DNA of 64,000 bases. Origin: the human T2T-CHM13v2.0 reference genome, Homo sapiens. This document shows, piece by piece, positions 1 to 12,448 of the stretch; within the stretch, counting starts at the first letter, position 1, and every line of letters starts with the position of its first letter. The stretch lies in assembly GCF_009914755.1 (NCBI RefSeq), contig NC_060942.1; one strand, written 5' to 3'. Both the position numbers and the translations under genes were made by a program. The notes beneath the pieces are model-generated. The model was not told where the DNA came from and searched no databases. It saw only the letters and a list, made by a program, of their open reading frames with translations.

Positions 1-484
1 TCTGCATTCAGCTGAACTCTCATCATAACGGTGTACCATCTCAATTGTAGGACAAATTAAAGAACATGATTAATGTAATGATATAAATTATTCCAGTGTA
101 TTTCACTGAATATATGGCGTAGGATTCTATATTCAGCTTTGACATTTATTTTTTCTGGGTCATAATTTGCTCCTCTGATCAAAGATCATTTCTCTTTTCA
201 TCACTCAGCATATACATATTAATATCAACACATTTTGCATGCACAACACATTCTCACTTTTGAAGTCTTAAGTGCATGTTTGATGAAGCCTAGATTCCTA
301 GTTTCTTCAGTGTATTTCTGTCATGTGATTGTCCTAAAGAAACATACCGAAAGAAAACCCCCTAAACCTAAAGGAATCATTCTCAAAGCTGAGAAAAAGG
401 ACTTAGATACTATCACTGGATTCATTTGTGGCTGGTTTTGTCATATTTACTTATGACTGATAATAAATCTCTTTTGCTTTTTAG

Positions 485-513
485 AGTCTCCTGAAAAGCC
501 TTCTCACTTTGAG
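485..513 (+). CDS. ANKRD30B: ANKRD30B internal 29-bp repeat exon ((E)SPEKPSHFE)
   Basis: ttttag acceptor at 483-484 and gt donor at 514. The 29-bp + 73-bp exon pair is the repeat module of the ANKRD30A/B family. Phase matches the next exon. Confidence 0.88.
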
Positions 514-611
514 GTATTGAGTTTTATAATTTTATCTTGCATTATTTATTAACTATGTATTTTGTGAAGTACACATTCGTTATTAATCATTTTTCTTCCA
601 AACCCGTTTAG

Positions 612-684
612 CCTGCCACTGAAATGCAAAACTCTGTTCCAAATAAAGGCTTAGAATGGAAGAATAAACAAACATTGAGAGCAG
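612..684 (+). CDS. ANKRD30B: ANKRD30B internal 73-bp exon (PATEMQNSVPNKGLEWKNKQTLRA)
   Basis: tttag acceptor and gtaaat donor; open frame; ends in phase 1 (G|AT) matching exon 6262. Confidence 0.9.
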
Positions 685-1136
685 GTAAATTTTACAGTTC
701 AACTATATTAAAATGAATATTTCAATAGTTGACATATTAATAGTCTCATCTCCCCAATGTTTATTTTTCAAATATTATGGAAATATTTGAGTTAATAATG
801 TCAATAGTGGTATCCACATTTGAAAAACTGATTACTTACAAGAACACGAATTTTAATTAGTTTTTTTAAAAAGTAGCTTTAATTTCAGGTGTTTCCACTT
901 TCACGTCCTCATACTGTAATGTTTTGTACTGGGAATGTCTGTATGACTTAAAGATTCAAGAAGGTGTATTTTTAAACTCTAATATTTTTTTCTGTTCAAA
1001 AATTGATTCAAATTCTACCCTTTACTGCAGGGAAAGCTTCAATTTTGACATGCCAATTGTGTTTTAACATTGGTTACCTCATGGGACTGTAGTCATTTGA
1101 AGCATCCTAAGGAAATCTGTTGTTCTGATTAGCTTA

Positions 1137-1430
<294 letters not shown>

Positions 1431-2024
1431 TTATGATCATTTTGGTAAAACTGTGATTCTGAAGCATTTGGCTTTGTGTCTTTTCATTGTTTAGAGGTAA
1501 ACAATTGTCTAAACTGGTTTTTTATATTATTCCTATGCATGCTTAAAAATTATACAACATATGTGCACGGTCATAGATAATATGTAGAATTTGTTTTCAA
1601 CTGCTAATATGTAAATAATTGTACATTGTGTAATTTTCTGTAACATTCTTTGTTTGATCAGCATTATATTGTTAGATCCATCCATAATGTGTAGAATTAA
1701 CTTTGGTTTTGTTTATATTAGGTTCTTTATAGAATTCCATTATATAACTGCACCACAACTAATTAAAATTTGTTTATGCAAAAAACAAATATATGAAAAT
1801 AAAAACAAATGAGATATCAGTCTTCATTTAAGTTGGTTTTTACCTACTGATTTTTGATATATTAGAAACTGAAACTAAAATATTTCAAGTATCACTATGT
1901 ACAATCTTCTACTTTAATAAAAGTGAAAACTGTGACCTATGGACCATTAAAGCTATGCTGTTGTAACACATTATTTCCCTGAAACAGTGCAGTATAGACT
2001 TCATAGTACATATGAACTTCATGG

Positions 2025-2972
2025 TACATATATGACACATTTTCTTAATCCAGTCTATCATTGATGGGCATTTGGGTTGGTTCCAAGCCTTTGCTATTGT
2101 AAATAGTGCCACAATAAACATATGTGTGCGTGTGTCTTTATAGTAGCATGATTTATAATCCTTAGGGTATATATCCAGTAATGGGATCGCTGGATCAAAT
2201 GGTATTTCTAGTTCCAGATCCTTGAAGAATTGCCACACTGTCTTCCACAATGGTTGAGCGAGTTTACACTCCCACCAACAGTGTAAAAGTTTTCCTATTT
2301 CTCCACAGCCTCTCCAGCACCTGTTGTTTCCTGACTTTTTAATGATCGCCATTCTAACTGGTGTGAGATGGTATCTCATTGTGGTTTTGATTTGCATTTC
2401 TCTGATGGCCAGTGATGATGAGCATTTTTTTCACGTGTCTGTTGGCTGCATAAATGTCTTCTTTTCAGAAGTGTCTGTTCATATCCTTCACCCACTTTTT
2501 GATGGGGTTGTTTGATTTTTTTTAAAAACTTGTTTAAGTTCTTGTACATTCTGGATTTAGCCCTTTGTCAGATGGATAGATTGCAGAAATTTTCTCCCAT
2601 TCTGTAGGTTGCCTGTTCATTTTGTTCACTCTGATGGTAGTTTCTTTTGCTGTGCTGAAGCTCTTTAGTTTAATTAGGTCCCATTTGTCAATTTTAGCTT
2701 CTGTTGCCATGGCTTTTGATGTTTTAGTTCTGAAGTATTTGCCCATGCCTATGTCCTGAATGGTATTGCCTAGGATTTCTTCTAGGCTTTTTATGGTTTT
2801 AGGTCTAACATTTAAGTCTTTAATCCATCTTGAGTTAATTTTTGTATAAGGTGTAAGGAAGTGGTCAACTTTCAGTTTTCTGCATATGGCCAGCCAGTTT
2901 TCCCAACATCATTTATTAAATAGGGAATTCTTTTCACATTGCTTTTTTTCCAGTTTTGTCAAAGATCAGAGG
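2025..2972 (-). mobile_element. L1PA fragment (ORF2 C-terminal region)
   Basis: ORFs 1909..2397 and 2534..2746 give L1 ORF2 C-terminal peptides ([28 protein letters not shown]). Confidence 0.93.
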
Positions 2973-2974
2973 GT

Positions 2975-5800
2975 AATTTTCACATTTCAATGAATTTGTC
3001 CATTTTGTCTAAGTTGTCATGTTTATTCACATAAATTTTATAATATTACCTTGTATTTTTAAGTATCTGTAGAATCTAAAATAATGTCACATTAACTCAT
3101 TTCCAAAGTTAGTAATTGTAGCTTTCTCTTTTCAAGAGCTAGTTTGGCTAGATAGACTTTTGCTTTTATTGATCCTCTCAAAGTGTTTGGTATTTTTCAA
3201 CTCTTCCATCATTTTTGTGTTTTATTAGTTCCATCTCTGATGTTTTAGTTCTCTTTGCCTAGTATTTAAAAAATCTATAGTTGGGAGCTTATCAACAACA
3301 TAAATTGAATTCTCACAATTTTGGAAGCTGCACAGTTCAAGATCAAGTTATCATCAGATTTGATGTCTGAAGAGGTACCACTTCATGATTCATTGATGCA
3401 TTCTTTTTCCCTGTGCCCTCACATGGCAGAAAGGGTAAAGAGGCTCTCTGGGGTTATTTCTGTCAGAGCATTAATCCATTTATGAAGGGTTGGCCCTCAT
3501 GACCTAATTACATCCAAAAACTCCTACCTCCTAATAACGTCACCTCTGTGATTTGATTTTGGCATATGAAAATTGCAAGGACAAAGACATTCAAACCAAT
3601 ACGAATATTTATCCTTTCCTCTGCTTCCATTGAATTTACTTTCTTATTTTTTTTTTTTTAGCTTCTTCAGGTAAAAGTCGAAGTTATTTACTTGAGAGTC
3701 TTCTAATGTAGACATTCAATGCTGAAAAGCTTTATTTAAGTGCTGTTGTAGATGCATTTTACAATATCTAATGTGCTGTGTTTTCATTTGAAGTTAGTTC
3801 AAAATACTTTCTAATTTTTCTTTTTACTATTTTTGGAACCAACCCAGGGTTATTTGGATGTTATGTTACTTAATTTCCAATAGTTGTGTTGTTTCAGGTA
3901 CATTTTTATTATTGATTTTTAATTTGATTGCTTTTGGGTCAGGTAACATGTTTTGTATGACTTAAATCCTTCTTAATCCTTTTACTAAGATATAATCTAG
4001 AATATAGTCCTTGAGTACTTCTGAAGAATGGTGTTAAGTCTACCATATTCTTGCTGATTTTCTGCCTCCTTATTCTACCACTTGAGCAAGGGGTTTAGAA
4101 ATTTTAGACTATACTTAGGCATTTGTCCATTTCTTTTGCAGTTCTATCTATTTTTGTATCATGTATTTTGAAGCATTTATGTTATTATCTACATAAATAT
4201 TTAGGACTGTTATGTTTTCTTGATTAAGTGAACCCTTTGTCACTATAAAATCACCTTGTTTATTGCTGGTAATGTTTTTGCTGTGAAATGTACTTTGGTA
4301 TTAATACAACCACTCTTCCTCAGCCTTCTTTTTTCAAGTGTTAGTGTGGTATATCTTGTTTCATCTTTAACCAATTTTTGTCTTTATATTTAAAGTTTAT
4401 TTCTTATAGGTGTTATACAGGTAGATCTCACTTGTATATCCGTTCTGACAATCTGCCTTTGAGCAGAGGTTTTTAGACCAGTTTAATTTATAATGTAATT
4501 ATTGATGTGATAAAAGTTGTCTGTCACCATGCTGTTTGATTTCTGTTAGTCCCAGATCTTCTTTGCTCTGTTTTGTTCTTTTATTGCTTCCTTCAGACTA
4601 GTTTAGTAATTTTTATGATTTAGTTTTATATATATATATATAGGTATAATGTTTTTTAGTTATTGATCTGGTTGTATATTTCTTCATGATTTAGTCATAT
4701 CTTTTTGTGGTATAAGTTTATTTGGCTATTAGGTATAACTCTTTGCTTTGCTGTCTTAGTGGTTGTTTTAGGATTTATAGTGTATGGATTTACCTCATCA
4801 CAACTCACCTTCAAGTAATATTATATCATATCATAGATGGTATAAGAAATTCCAATCATATATTTTCATTTCTTCACTTCCAGCCAGATACCAGCCTGGA
4901 TCTGTGGGATTGTAGCATTTGTTAAGTTTAGAATATATTTAGCCAATTTTTCTTCAGATGTTTTTTCTGTCTCTCCTTCTACCTCTTTGTGGACTTACAT
5001 ATTACCTGCTGGGAGTTTGCTCATAGTTCTCTAGTATCTCAAATTTGTGAATCTTTTCTTTCATGATGGCAAATCAATCTATGCTCATATCTACTCAGTG
5101 TAGCTTTCATCTGCAGCATTGTAACTTGTATCTCTAGAAGTGCAATTTAGTTTTTAAAAGTATCTTCTATTGCTTTACTTATCTTCTTGATTTTTATTGT
5201 AGAATAGAGTTGAGTTACTTATAAACAGCTTGATCCTTTTCATTTTTGCTTTTTATGAGCTGACTCCCCACACCTGAGGCAAGGCCTTTCAGACTATTCA
5301 TTTTCCTGTGAAGTCTTAGTCTTCCCAGGCAAATCTATAAAAATAGACACTCTTCTTGGCACTATGTGAGCACCAGGTGTGATTTTCTCTAATTTTATAA
5401 GTTCCGCCCTGACCTGGCTTGGTCTTAGGTAGTTTCCTGGCTTACATGCAATCTTCATTATTTTGCTAAATACTGGGAGGCAATTTCCAGGGGTTTCTTG
5501 CTTTTGCTTCTGTATCTCTGTCTCCTCTTCAGTGTTCTGTTCTATATTGTCTGTCTCCTTTGGTTTTACCAGACTCTAAGATTTATCACTGTAACCAAGA
5601 GAGTCTGGTAGGTTCCACCTCAGTTTTTGTTTCCTGTGTCAGGTCTTGGAATTTCTGTCAAGGCAAGAAGCTGAAACATTCATAAGGTTTGCTTTCCACT
5701 TTTTTTTTCTGTTTTTCAGGGACTATCATCTTCTTTGCCTAATGTCCACTGTCTAAAAAATTGTTTAGTGTATTTTGTGTGTTTTATTTTTAGTTATTTT
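2975..5800 (-). mobile_element. Old, degenerate L1M fragments with an embedded MLT1-type LTR (~3270-3600)
   Basis: T-rich antisense L1-like sequence; MLT1 motifs (caagatcaag..., ccctcatgacctaattaca). Boundaries approximate. Confidence 0.55.
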
Positions 5801-6261
5801 AGCTAAGAAGAAAAATCAATACCTGTTGTTCTCTCTTGGCTGGAGGCAGACTACACTAGAGCTTCAGCACATGCCACACACTGGCTAAAATGCTTTTCTT
5901 CCCCCCTTGCTCAACTGCTTCCTTTTCAATCTTTGTTCCTCAGTGTAGCCATACATTCCTTGGGGGAATTTTCCGTGGGCCTAGTACAGATCCTATTCTT
6001 AGCAATCTATTTTCTTACAGTATCTATCTGAATTTATAATTGTAACTTTTCTGGGGCTTTGCTTTTCAGTATATTTTAAGCTAAACAAGAGCAGAGTTTT
6101 TTTTTTTCTGTTTAATCTGCAGAGCTTAGTATAATGCCTTCCACATGGTAGGCAATCAATATATATTTGTTGAGTGTATGAGTTAGTGATTGTTAAAATA
6201 TGCAGCCCTTTATATCCCAAAAGTACTAATATATTTTATTTCTATCTCCTCCTTGAGACAG

Positions 6262-6475
6262 ATTCAACTACCCTATCAAAAATCTTGGATGCACTTCCTT
6301 CTTGTGAAAGAGGAAGGGAACTTAAAAAAGATAACTGTGAACAAATTACAGCAAAAATGGAACAAACAAAAAATAAGTTTTGTGTACTACAAAAGGAACT
6401 GTCAGAAGCGAAAGAAATAAAATCACAGTTAGAGAACCAAAAAGCTAAATGGGAACAAGAGCTCTGCAGTGTGAG
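6262..6475 (+). CDS. ANKRD30B: ANKRD30B exon (DSTTLSKILDALPSCERG...WEQELCSVR), start of coiled-coil region
   Basis: cag acceptor 6259-6261, gtatg donor 6476; 214 bp; lies in ORF 6174..6521; peptide recognised as ANKRD30B. Confidence 0.93.
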
Positions 6476-7759
6476 GTATGATATCCTAGTTTTAAATAAA
6501 TATTTCAACTATTTATACTAAAAGTATGTAGGATACTTTTTGTAAAAGCTGACTTACCTTCTGAGATTTAACTGGAGAAAAAAATCTGTCTTGTAGAGTG
6601 TCAAATTCTTTTAAATAATAAAAGTTCTTAAATGTGAATACTTCCACTGATAATTAATGCATATTTATTTAAATCACAATTTTAATGGCTATATAGAAGG
6701 CCATTATTTGGAAATACCATTACTTAGCAAATTAATTTTTTTGATTTTTAATTTTTTGTATTATAAATGCTACAAGACATAACTGCATGTAAATCTTTTT
6801 CTACCTTTCTAATTATTGACTTGGAATAAATTCTTCAATATAGAAATATTTAGTTAAATTATAGGAATTTTTAAAAAGTTCTTTGTTCATTACTTCTAAA
6901 TTGTTCTCAAGAAAATTTATATTCATTTACAGTTCAACAAAGACAGTGTGAAATGGCCATTCTTCTCTCTCCAAGAATCAATTTCCTTTAACTATACACT
7001 TTTAATCTTAATGTGCATGGAATATAAAGAAAATATAATTTATGATTAGTTTATTCAACATCTCTCGCTCTCCTACATAAATAAAATTAATTCAGAGTTC
7101 TAGGTTAAAAATACATATTATTTTTAGTCTTTAATTAAATATTTATACTTTTTCTTGTTCTAAAGGAGATTTAAAATTTGTTGAAAAATATATAATACTC
7201 AACAAGATATGTTTAACTCTTACTCAAAAAAGAAACAAAAGGCATATGGGATGACACATATTAGACTCTTTAATCTAGTCTGAGATCATAATATTCAAAT
7301 TATTTTTAGGGATATTTGCCATATTTTATAAGTAGAAATATTTATGTCTAATAAATCTGTAAACTTTTTTTATAAAAAGTAATGTCACTTTAATCAGTTA
7401 ACTCTAAATGATCTGTCCTCACTGAGGACTAATTTTGACTGTGTGATATTTTTAAAAAATAATTTTCAACTTATAAATTTACTAGATAGCTTCCAATATT
7501 CTTTTCCATAACAGTTGTCAAAGTTACTAGTAACAGAAACTTTCTAACTAGAAGAAGTTTTTTCTCACTATTTTTCAAGTATGTATGTCATTTGGAAGAG
7601 GTTACGGAGTAATGAATACCAGAGAACTAGAAAGAAAAAAAAAATTCAGGAATATAGGAATTTTATTGGAATAATAAACCAGTATAGGAAGAAGTAGATC
7701 TCAAAGTGAATTCTATTTTCTAACAAAATGAATTTTAAGATAAGTATGTTTAATGGCAG

Positions 7760-7928
7760 ATTGACTTTAAATCAAGAAGAAGAGAAGAGAAGAAATGTCG
7801 ATATATTAAAAGAAAAAATTAGACCCGAAGAGCAACTTAGGAAAAAGTTAGAAGTGAAACAACAACTTGAACAGACTCTCAGAATACAAGATATAGAATT
7901 GAAAAGTGTAACAAGTAATTTAAATCAG
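7760..7928 (+). CDS. ANKRD30B: ANKRD30B exon (LTLNQEEEKRRNVDILKEK...SNLNQ)
   Basis: cag acceptor and gtaaat donor; 169 bp; phase 2 in, phase 0 out, consistent with neighbours; ORF 7728..7964. Confidence 0.93.
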
Positions 7929-9055
7929 GTAAATCAATCTCTGGCAAAAATTTTATATTTCTGACTTTATTTCATCAGTATTACTTTTAACATCCCTTTG
8001 ATTTAGTATGTGTTATTCAGGTCTAAATCAAAGAAAAGTATTGTCTTAAAATTAACTATGACTTTTGTAGCTACAGGTATTTATTATAAATTATGGCATG
8101 CAAATAGTATCTTATTTCAGTACAAAGAGCTTTTGAAAATAATGATAATCCCTACCATATACTTAGTGATAATTTATTGGTAAGTATTTTATTCCTAGCA
8201 ACATAGATTAGTGTATTTTTCCTAGTTAACATTTAATACTGACTCAAACATTATCAAGAGGAAGCAAAAGTTAGTGTCGTAGTAAATAAGCTCATGGTTT
8301 TCTAAGTAGGGCTCTCTAGATTTTATCTTCTTTACCACTTTTGTTTTGAAATAGAAGACTTCTTTTATATTTACGTATTTACCCAGTAGAATTAACTGAG
8401 ATTTGGTGGAGAAGTCCTGGATGTAGACTCAGAAGACTTGGAGAAAATCCTACAACTTGATTATATTTTTAATCTTTTCCTTTCAGAATTGTGATAACTA
8501 AAAGTGCTTGTTACAATGTCTCAACTTATCAAACATTCATAAATATAATTCTTACAATTAACTATATTTTTTAGAAACACAGAATATCTAGAGAATATTC
8601 TCAGGAAAAAGGAACTGAAAGAGCTTCCAGAAATTTTATCTGTCTAAATATATGCAGCACTAAGGCTCTTAGTATGGGATGTTGTATAGGTTAGACATCA
8701 GAGTGTAAACCCAATTTTTGTATGTAGTCAAATTGATTAATCTTTTATTTTATGCTTTTGAGCTTGTTGTAATTCAGGGAAAGTTTTTTTTTTTTTTTCA
8801 ATTCTGAGGCTCTTAAAAATTCTCTAGTCGTTTCTCTTTTACTTTCATGAATTCGTTGTCTCCAAATAAATGTTTGAACTTTGGGGAATTTATGCTCTAT
8901 AGTATTTGAAGTTTTGAGTCAATGGTTCTTCAACTGATACCTACTTATAAAAACCCTTTCATTGTATAAACGTACAAGTTGTTCTTTAATTTCAGAGGAA
9001 CTATGATATGCCATTTTATTGAGTGCTAGTTAAATTTTTATTTTGTTTTATTTAG

Positions 9056-9967
9056 GTTTCTCACACTCATGAAAGTGAAAATGATCTCTTTCATGAAAAT
9101 TGCATGTTGAAAAAGGAAATTGCCATGCTAAAACTGGAAGTAGCCACACTGAAACATCAACACCAGGTGAAGGAAAATAAATACTTTGAGGACATTAAGA
9201 TTTTACAAGAAAAGAATGCTGAACTTCAAATGACCCTAAAACTGAAACAGAAAACAGTAACAAAAAGGGCATCTCAGTATAGAGAGCAGCTTAAAGTTCT
9301 GACAGCAGAGAACACGATGCTGACTTCTAAATTGAAGGAAAAACAAGACAAAGAAATACTGGAGACAGAAATTGAATCACACCATCCTAGACTGGCTTCT
9401 GCTTTACAAGACCATGATCAAAGTGTCACATCAAGAAAAAACCAAGAACTTGCTTTCCACAGTGCAGGAGATGCTCCTTTGCAAGGAATAATGAATGTTG
9501 ATGTGAGTAATACAATATATAACAATGAGGTGCTCCATCAACCACTTTATGAAGCTCAAAGGAAATCCAAAAGCCCAAAAATTAATCTCAATTATGCAGG
9601 AGATGATCTAAGAGAAAATGCATTGGTTTCAGAACATGCACAAAGAGACCGATGTGAAACACAGTGTCAAATGAAGAAAGCTGAACACATGTATCAAAAT
9701 GAACAAGATAATGTGGACAAACACACTGAACAGCAGGAGTCTCTGGAGCAGAAATTATTTCAACTAGAAAGCAAAAATAGGTGGCTTCGACAGCAATTAG
9801 TTTATGCACATAAGAAAGTTAACAAAAGCAAGGTAACAATTAATATTCAGTTTCCTGAGATGAAAATGCAACGTCATCTAAAAGAGAAAAATGAGGAGGT
9901 ATTCAATTATGGTAACCATTTAAAAGAACGTATAGATCAATATGAAAAAGAGAAAGCAGAAAGAGAA
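9056..9967 (+). CDS. ANKRD30B: ANKRD30B large coiled-coil exon (VSHTHESEND...EKEKAERE); unspliced read-through extends the frame to a stop at 10025-10027 (VSIKKYKYFSNFLKESGLG*)
   Basis: tttag acceptor 9051-9055; 912 bp open frame containing ORF 9104..10027; gtaagt donor at 9968; ANKRD26/CCDC144-type coiled coil. Confidence 0.95.
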
Positions 9968-11356
9968 GTAAGTATCAAAAAATATAAATACTTTTCAAAC
10001 TTCCTGAAAGAAAGTGGCCTTGGCTAAATGCTGAATCTAGTTGAATATATATATATATAAATAGATGATAAATGTACTTACTATATCAGCTTAGAAACAT
10101 GCCTCATTTCCACCAAATGAAAGTGAAAGCTAAGAGACGTTTTACTTTGAGTAAAGGTATTGTGTCACTGATGAAATTATAAGAGTTTAAGTTAAAGATT
10201 TTTAATAGATTAACATTAATGACATTGGCTTATACTGCTGAAATAAAGGTTTTAATGTCTCTTTGTGGCCACATTTTTTGACTACAATGAAGCAGAAAAA
10301 TGGGAATGCCCATATCAGCAATTAGTATTTTGAAATTAAGATTCAGTTCAGCAATTTACATTGACAGTTAATTCTAAATTTTCCAGAGGAACAGAAGTGT
10401 ATTTGAAGTATATTTTGAAGTGTACATTTCTGCATCTTGTAATAACACTTTTTAAGTAGCTTTTTATATATTTTATTTGGTAGAATTTTATTTTCATTTA
10501 TGTCAATTTGACTTAATCTGAACATATTTGAATCTGAAATTATGTATTGTTAAAACCTCTCAATTTTTTAAAGGCATCTGTGTTTTGTTAAATAATACCT
10601 TAGGACAAATGTAGTGGATTTTAGCAATATCAAATTTGATTTAATCACCCCACTGGTATTCATAATTTATTTTGAATATTGTTACAAATCATTTGCTCAT
10701 AATTTCTATTTCAAGGCTCAAAAACTATCATGTGGATAGAACTTTGTCCCACAGAAAGATGATTGTAGCTATCTGTGATTTATTAGCTTTGCATTGGATC
10801 CCCATTTTTCAATTCATAAGGGGTGGCAAGGTTCATGTATAGTACAAAAGAAGTGAGTAGAGGAGAGAAACATAGGAGCTGAGGTCAGGAGGGATGTGGA
10901 GACCAGGTTACCAAGGGCCTGTAAAGTTTGAAATAAAATTACTTTTATTCTGAGATAAAAATCTATTGGAAAAATTTCAGCAGGTGATTGAATATGTGAG
11001 GAACTTTGATGTTGATTTGTGCTTCTAATACAGAAGAAGGAAAGAATTCCACTGTTTAGAATTTACCACCACTAGTCCTGCCTTTTTTTTTTTTTTTGAG
11101 ACTTAAGTAAGTTGTGAAGAATTACAGATTCATTAAGGGAAGAAATTACCAGTGAGATGAATCTTGTGTCTAGTAAGACAGTACCAATTTGGCAGAAAGA
11201 TTACACCTTCTTGTGTCCTTAAGTAAATTCACTAACAAGCAGCAATGTGCACAAATGAAGAAAATAAACTGAATCAATATATTTGGGGATCTTTTTGAAA
11301 GTAAATATTGTTAATTTGATAAGATGATTCACAAAATCAAAAACATGTCTTTTCAG

Positions 11357-11458
11357 GTCATTGTGAGACAACTTCAAAAAAAATTGGCTGATCTTAATAA
11401 ACAGTGTGAGGCTTCACTAAAGGTTACATCACATTCTCACTCTCTGAGGCATCAATAG
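11357..11458 (+). CDS. ANKRD30B: ANKRD30B spliced terminal coding exon VIVRQLQKKLADLNKQCEASLKVTSHSHSLRHQ*
   Basis: tcttttcag acceptor ending 11356; phase 0 matches the donor at 9968; TAG at 11456-11458; similar to the corresponding ANKRD26 exon. Confidence 0.8.
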   Translation, partial: VIVRQLQKKLADLNKQCEASLKVTSHSHSLRHQ

Positions 11459-11720
11459 AGGCTACATCACATTATCACATTAATCTCAAAGGTGAGATAC
11501 AGGATTTAATGAGGAAATGATTTCAAATCAAAAGTCAAGTGTGTGTTAAATGTAACATGCCAACAGTGAGTCTATAACTGGTTAAATAATATAAATTGTT
11601 TTATGATACTAATATCCACAGGAAGACTTCTTTTATATGTTCATTATAATTAGTTTTATTACAATTTTATTATCTTTATAATGTGCTTATTTTTAAAACT
11701 GTGGCTATCATTCTGCAATG

Positions 11721-12379
11721 TTTTTCTTTTTTTTTTCAGATTAAACAGTAAAGTTTATTGTGAACATTTGCTTCTTTTTCCATTTTAAAGTTAAACAAGA
11801 AGAAAAGGTAAAATGAAAAGAAATAACCAAAAATTTACTTCCCAAGATAGGATGTACAGAACTAAAATGATAAAAGTCATATAACAATGGTACCCTAAAC
11901 CACCCACCTCACAGCATAGTGCAGAGATATCCTGGCAGTGCTTCTGGTGTGTGGGATGGGGGTAGAATCCCATGCATGAGAAGGGGACAGGTCCTTTCTT
12001 CACAAGACCAGTCTTTGCTCCAGAAATGAATCCTTATCATGAATCCCTGACACGTTCAGTGTTTTCAGTTATTTTTCTTGGCTGTAGGAATGTCACAATG
12101 GACTGCAGAGTGTCATACATAGTTTTCAGTAAAATACTGGACAATAGAGTTTATAGTCTCCCATTTAGGTACAAGCCTAGACAGACAGGAACACTTTTTT
12201 ATAATTATAAAAACACAAATTTCCTTGTTTTGTGGAAATAAATCCCAACTATTGAACCTTCTAGTTAAGAGATTGACAACTCTATACTTGGTTCAGGATA
12301 CTTTCTCCCCTCTTTTCTCTCTTCCTGTCCCAAGACTCCAAGTTCCTGTCTTATGGTTAGCTAGGAGAAACTATCCACG

Positions 12380-12423
<44 letters not shown>

Positions 12424-12448
12424 CTACCCTTGGGGTGATGCACTATGC
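11721..12448 (-). other. Polyadenylated unique segment (probable SVA 3' transduction or retrocopied 3' UTR) containing (CA)n at 12382-12420
   Basis: T tract at 11721-11736 with TTTATT (minus-strand AATAAA) at 11754-11759, 17 nt from the tail; abuts the SVA tail at 12449. Confidence 0.55.
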
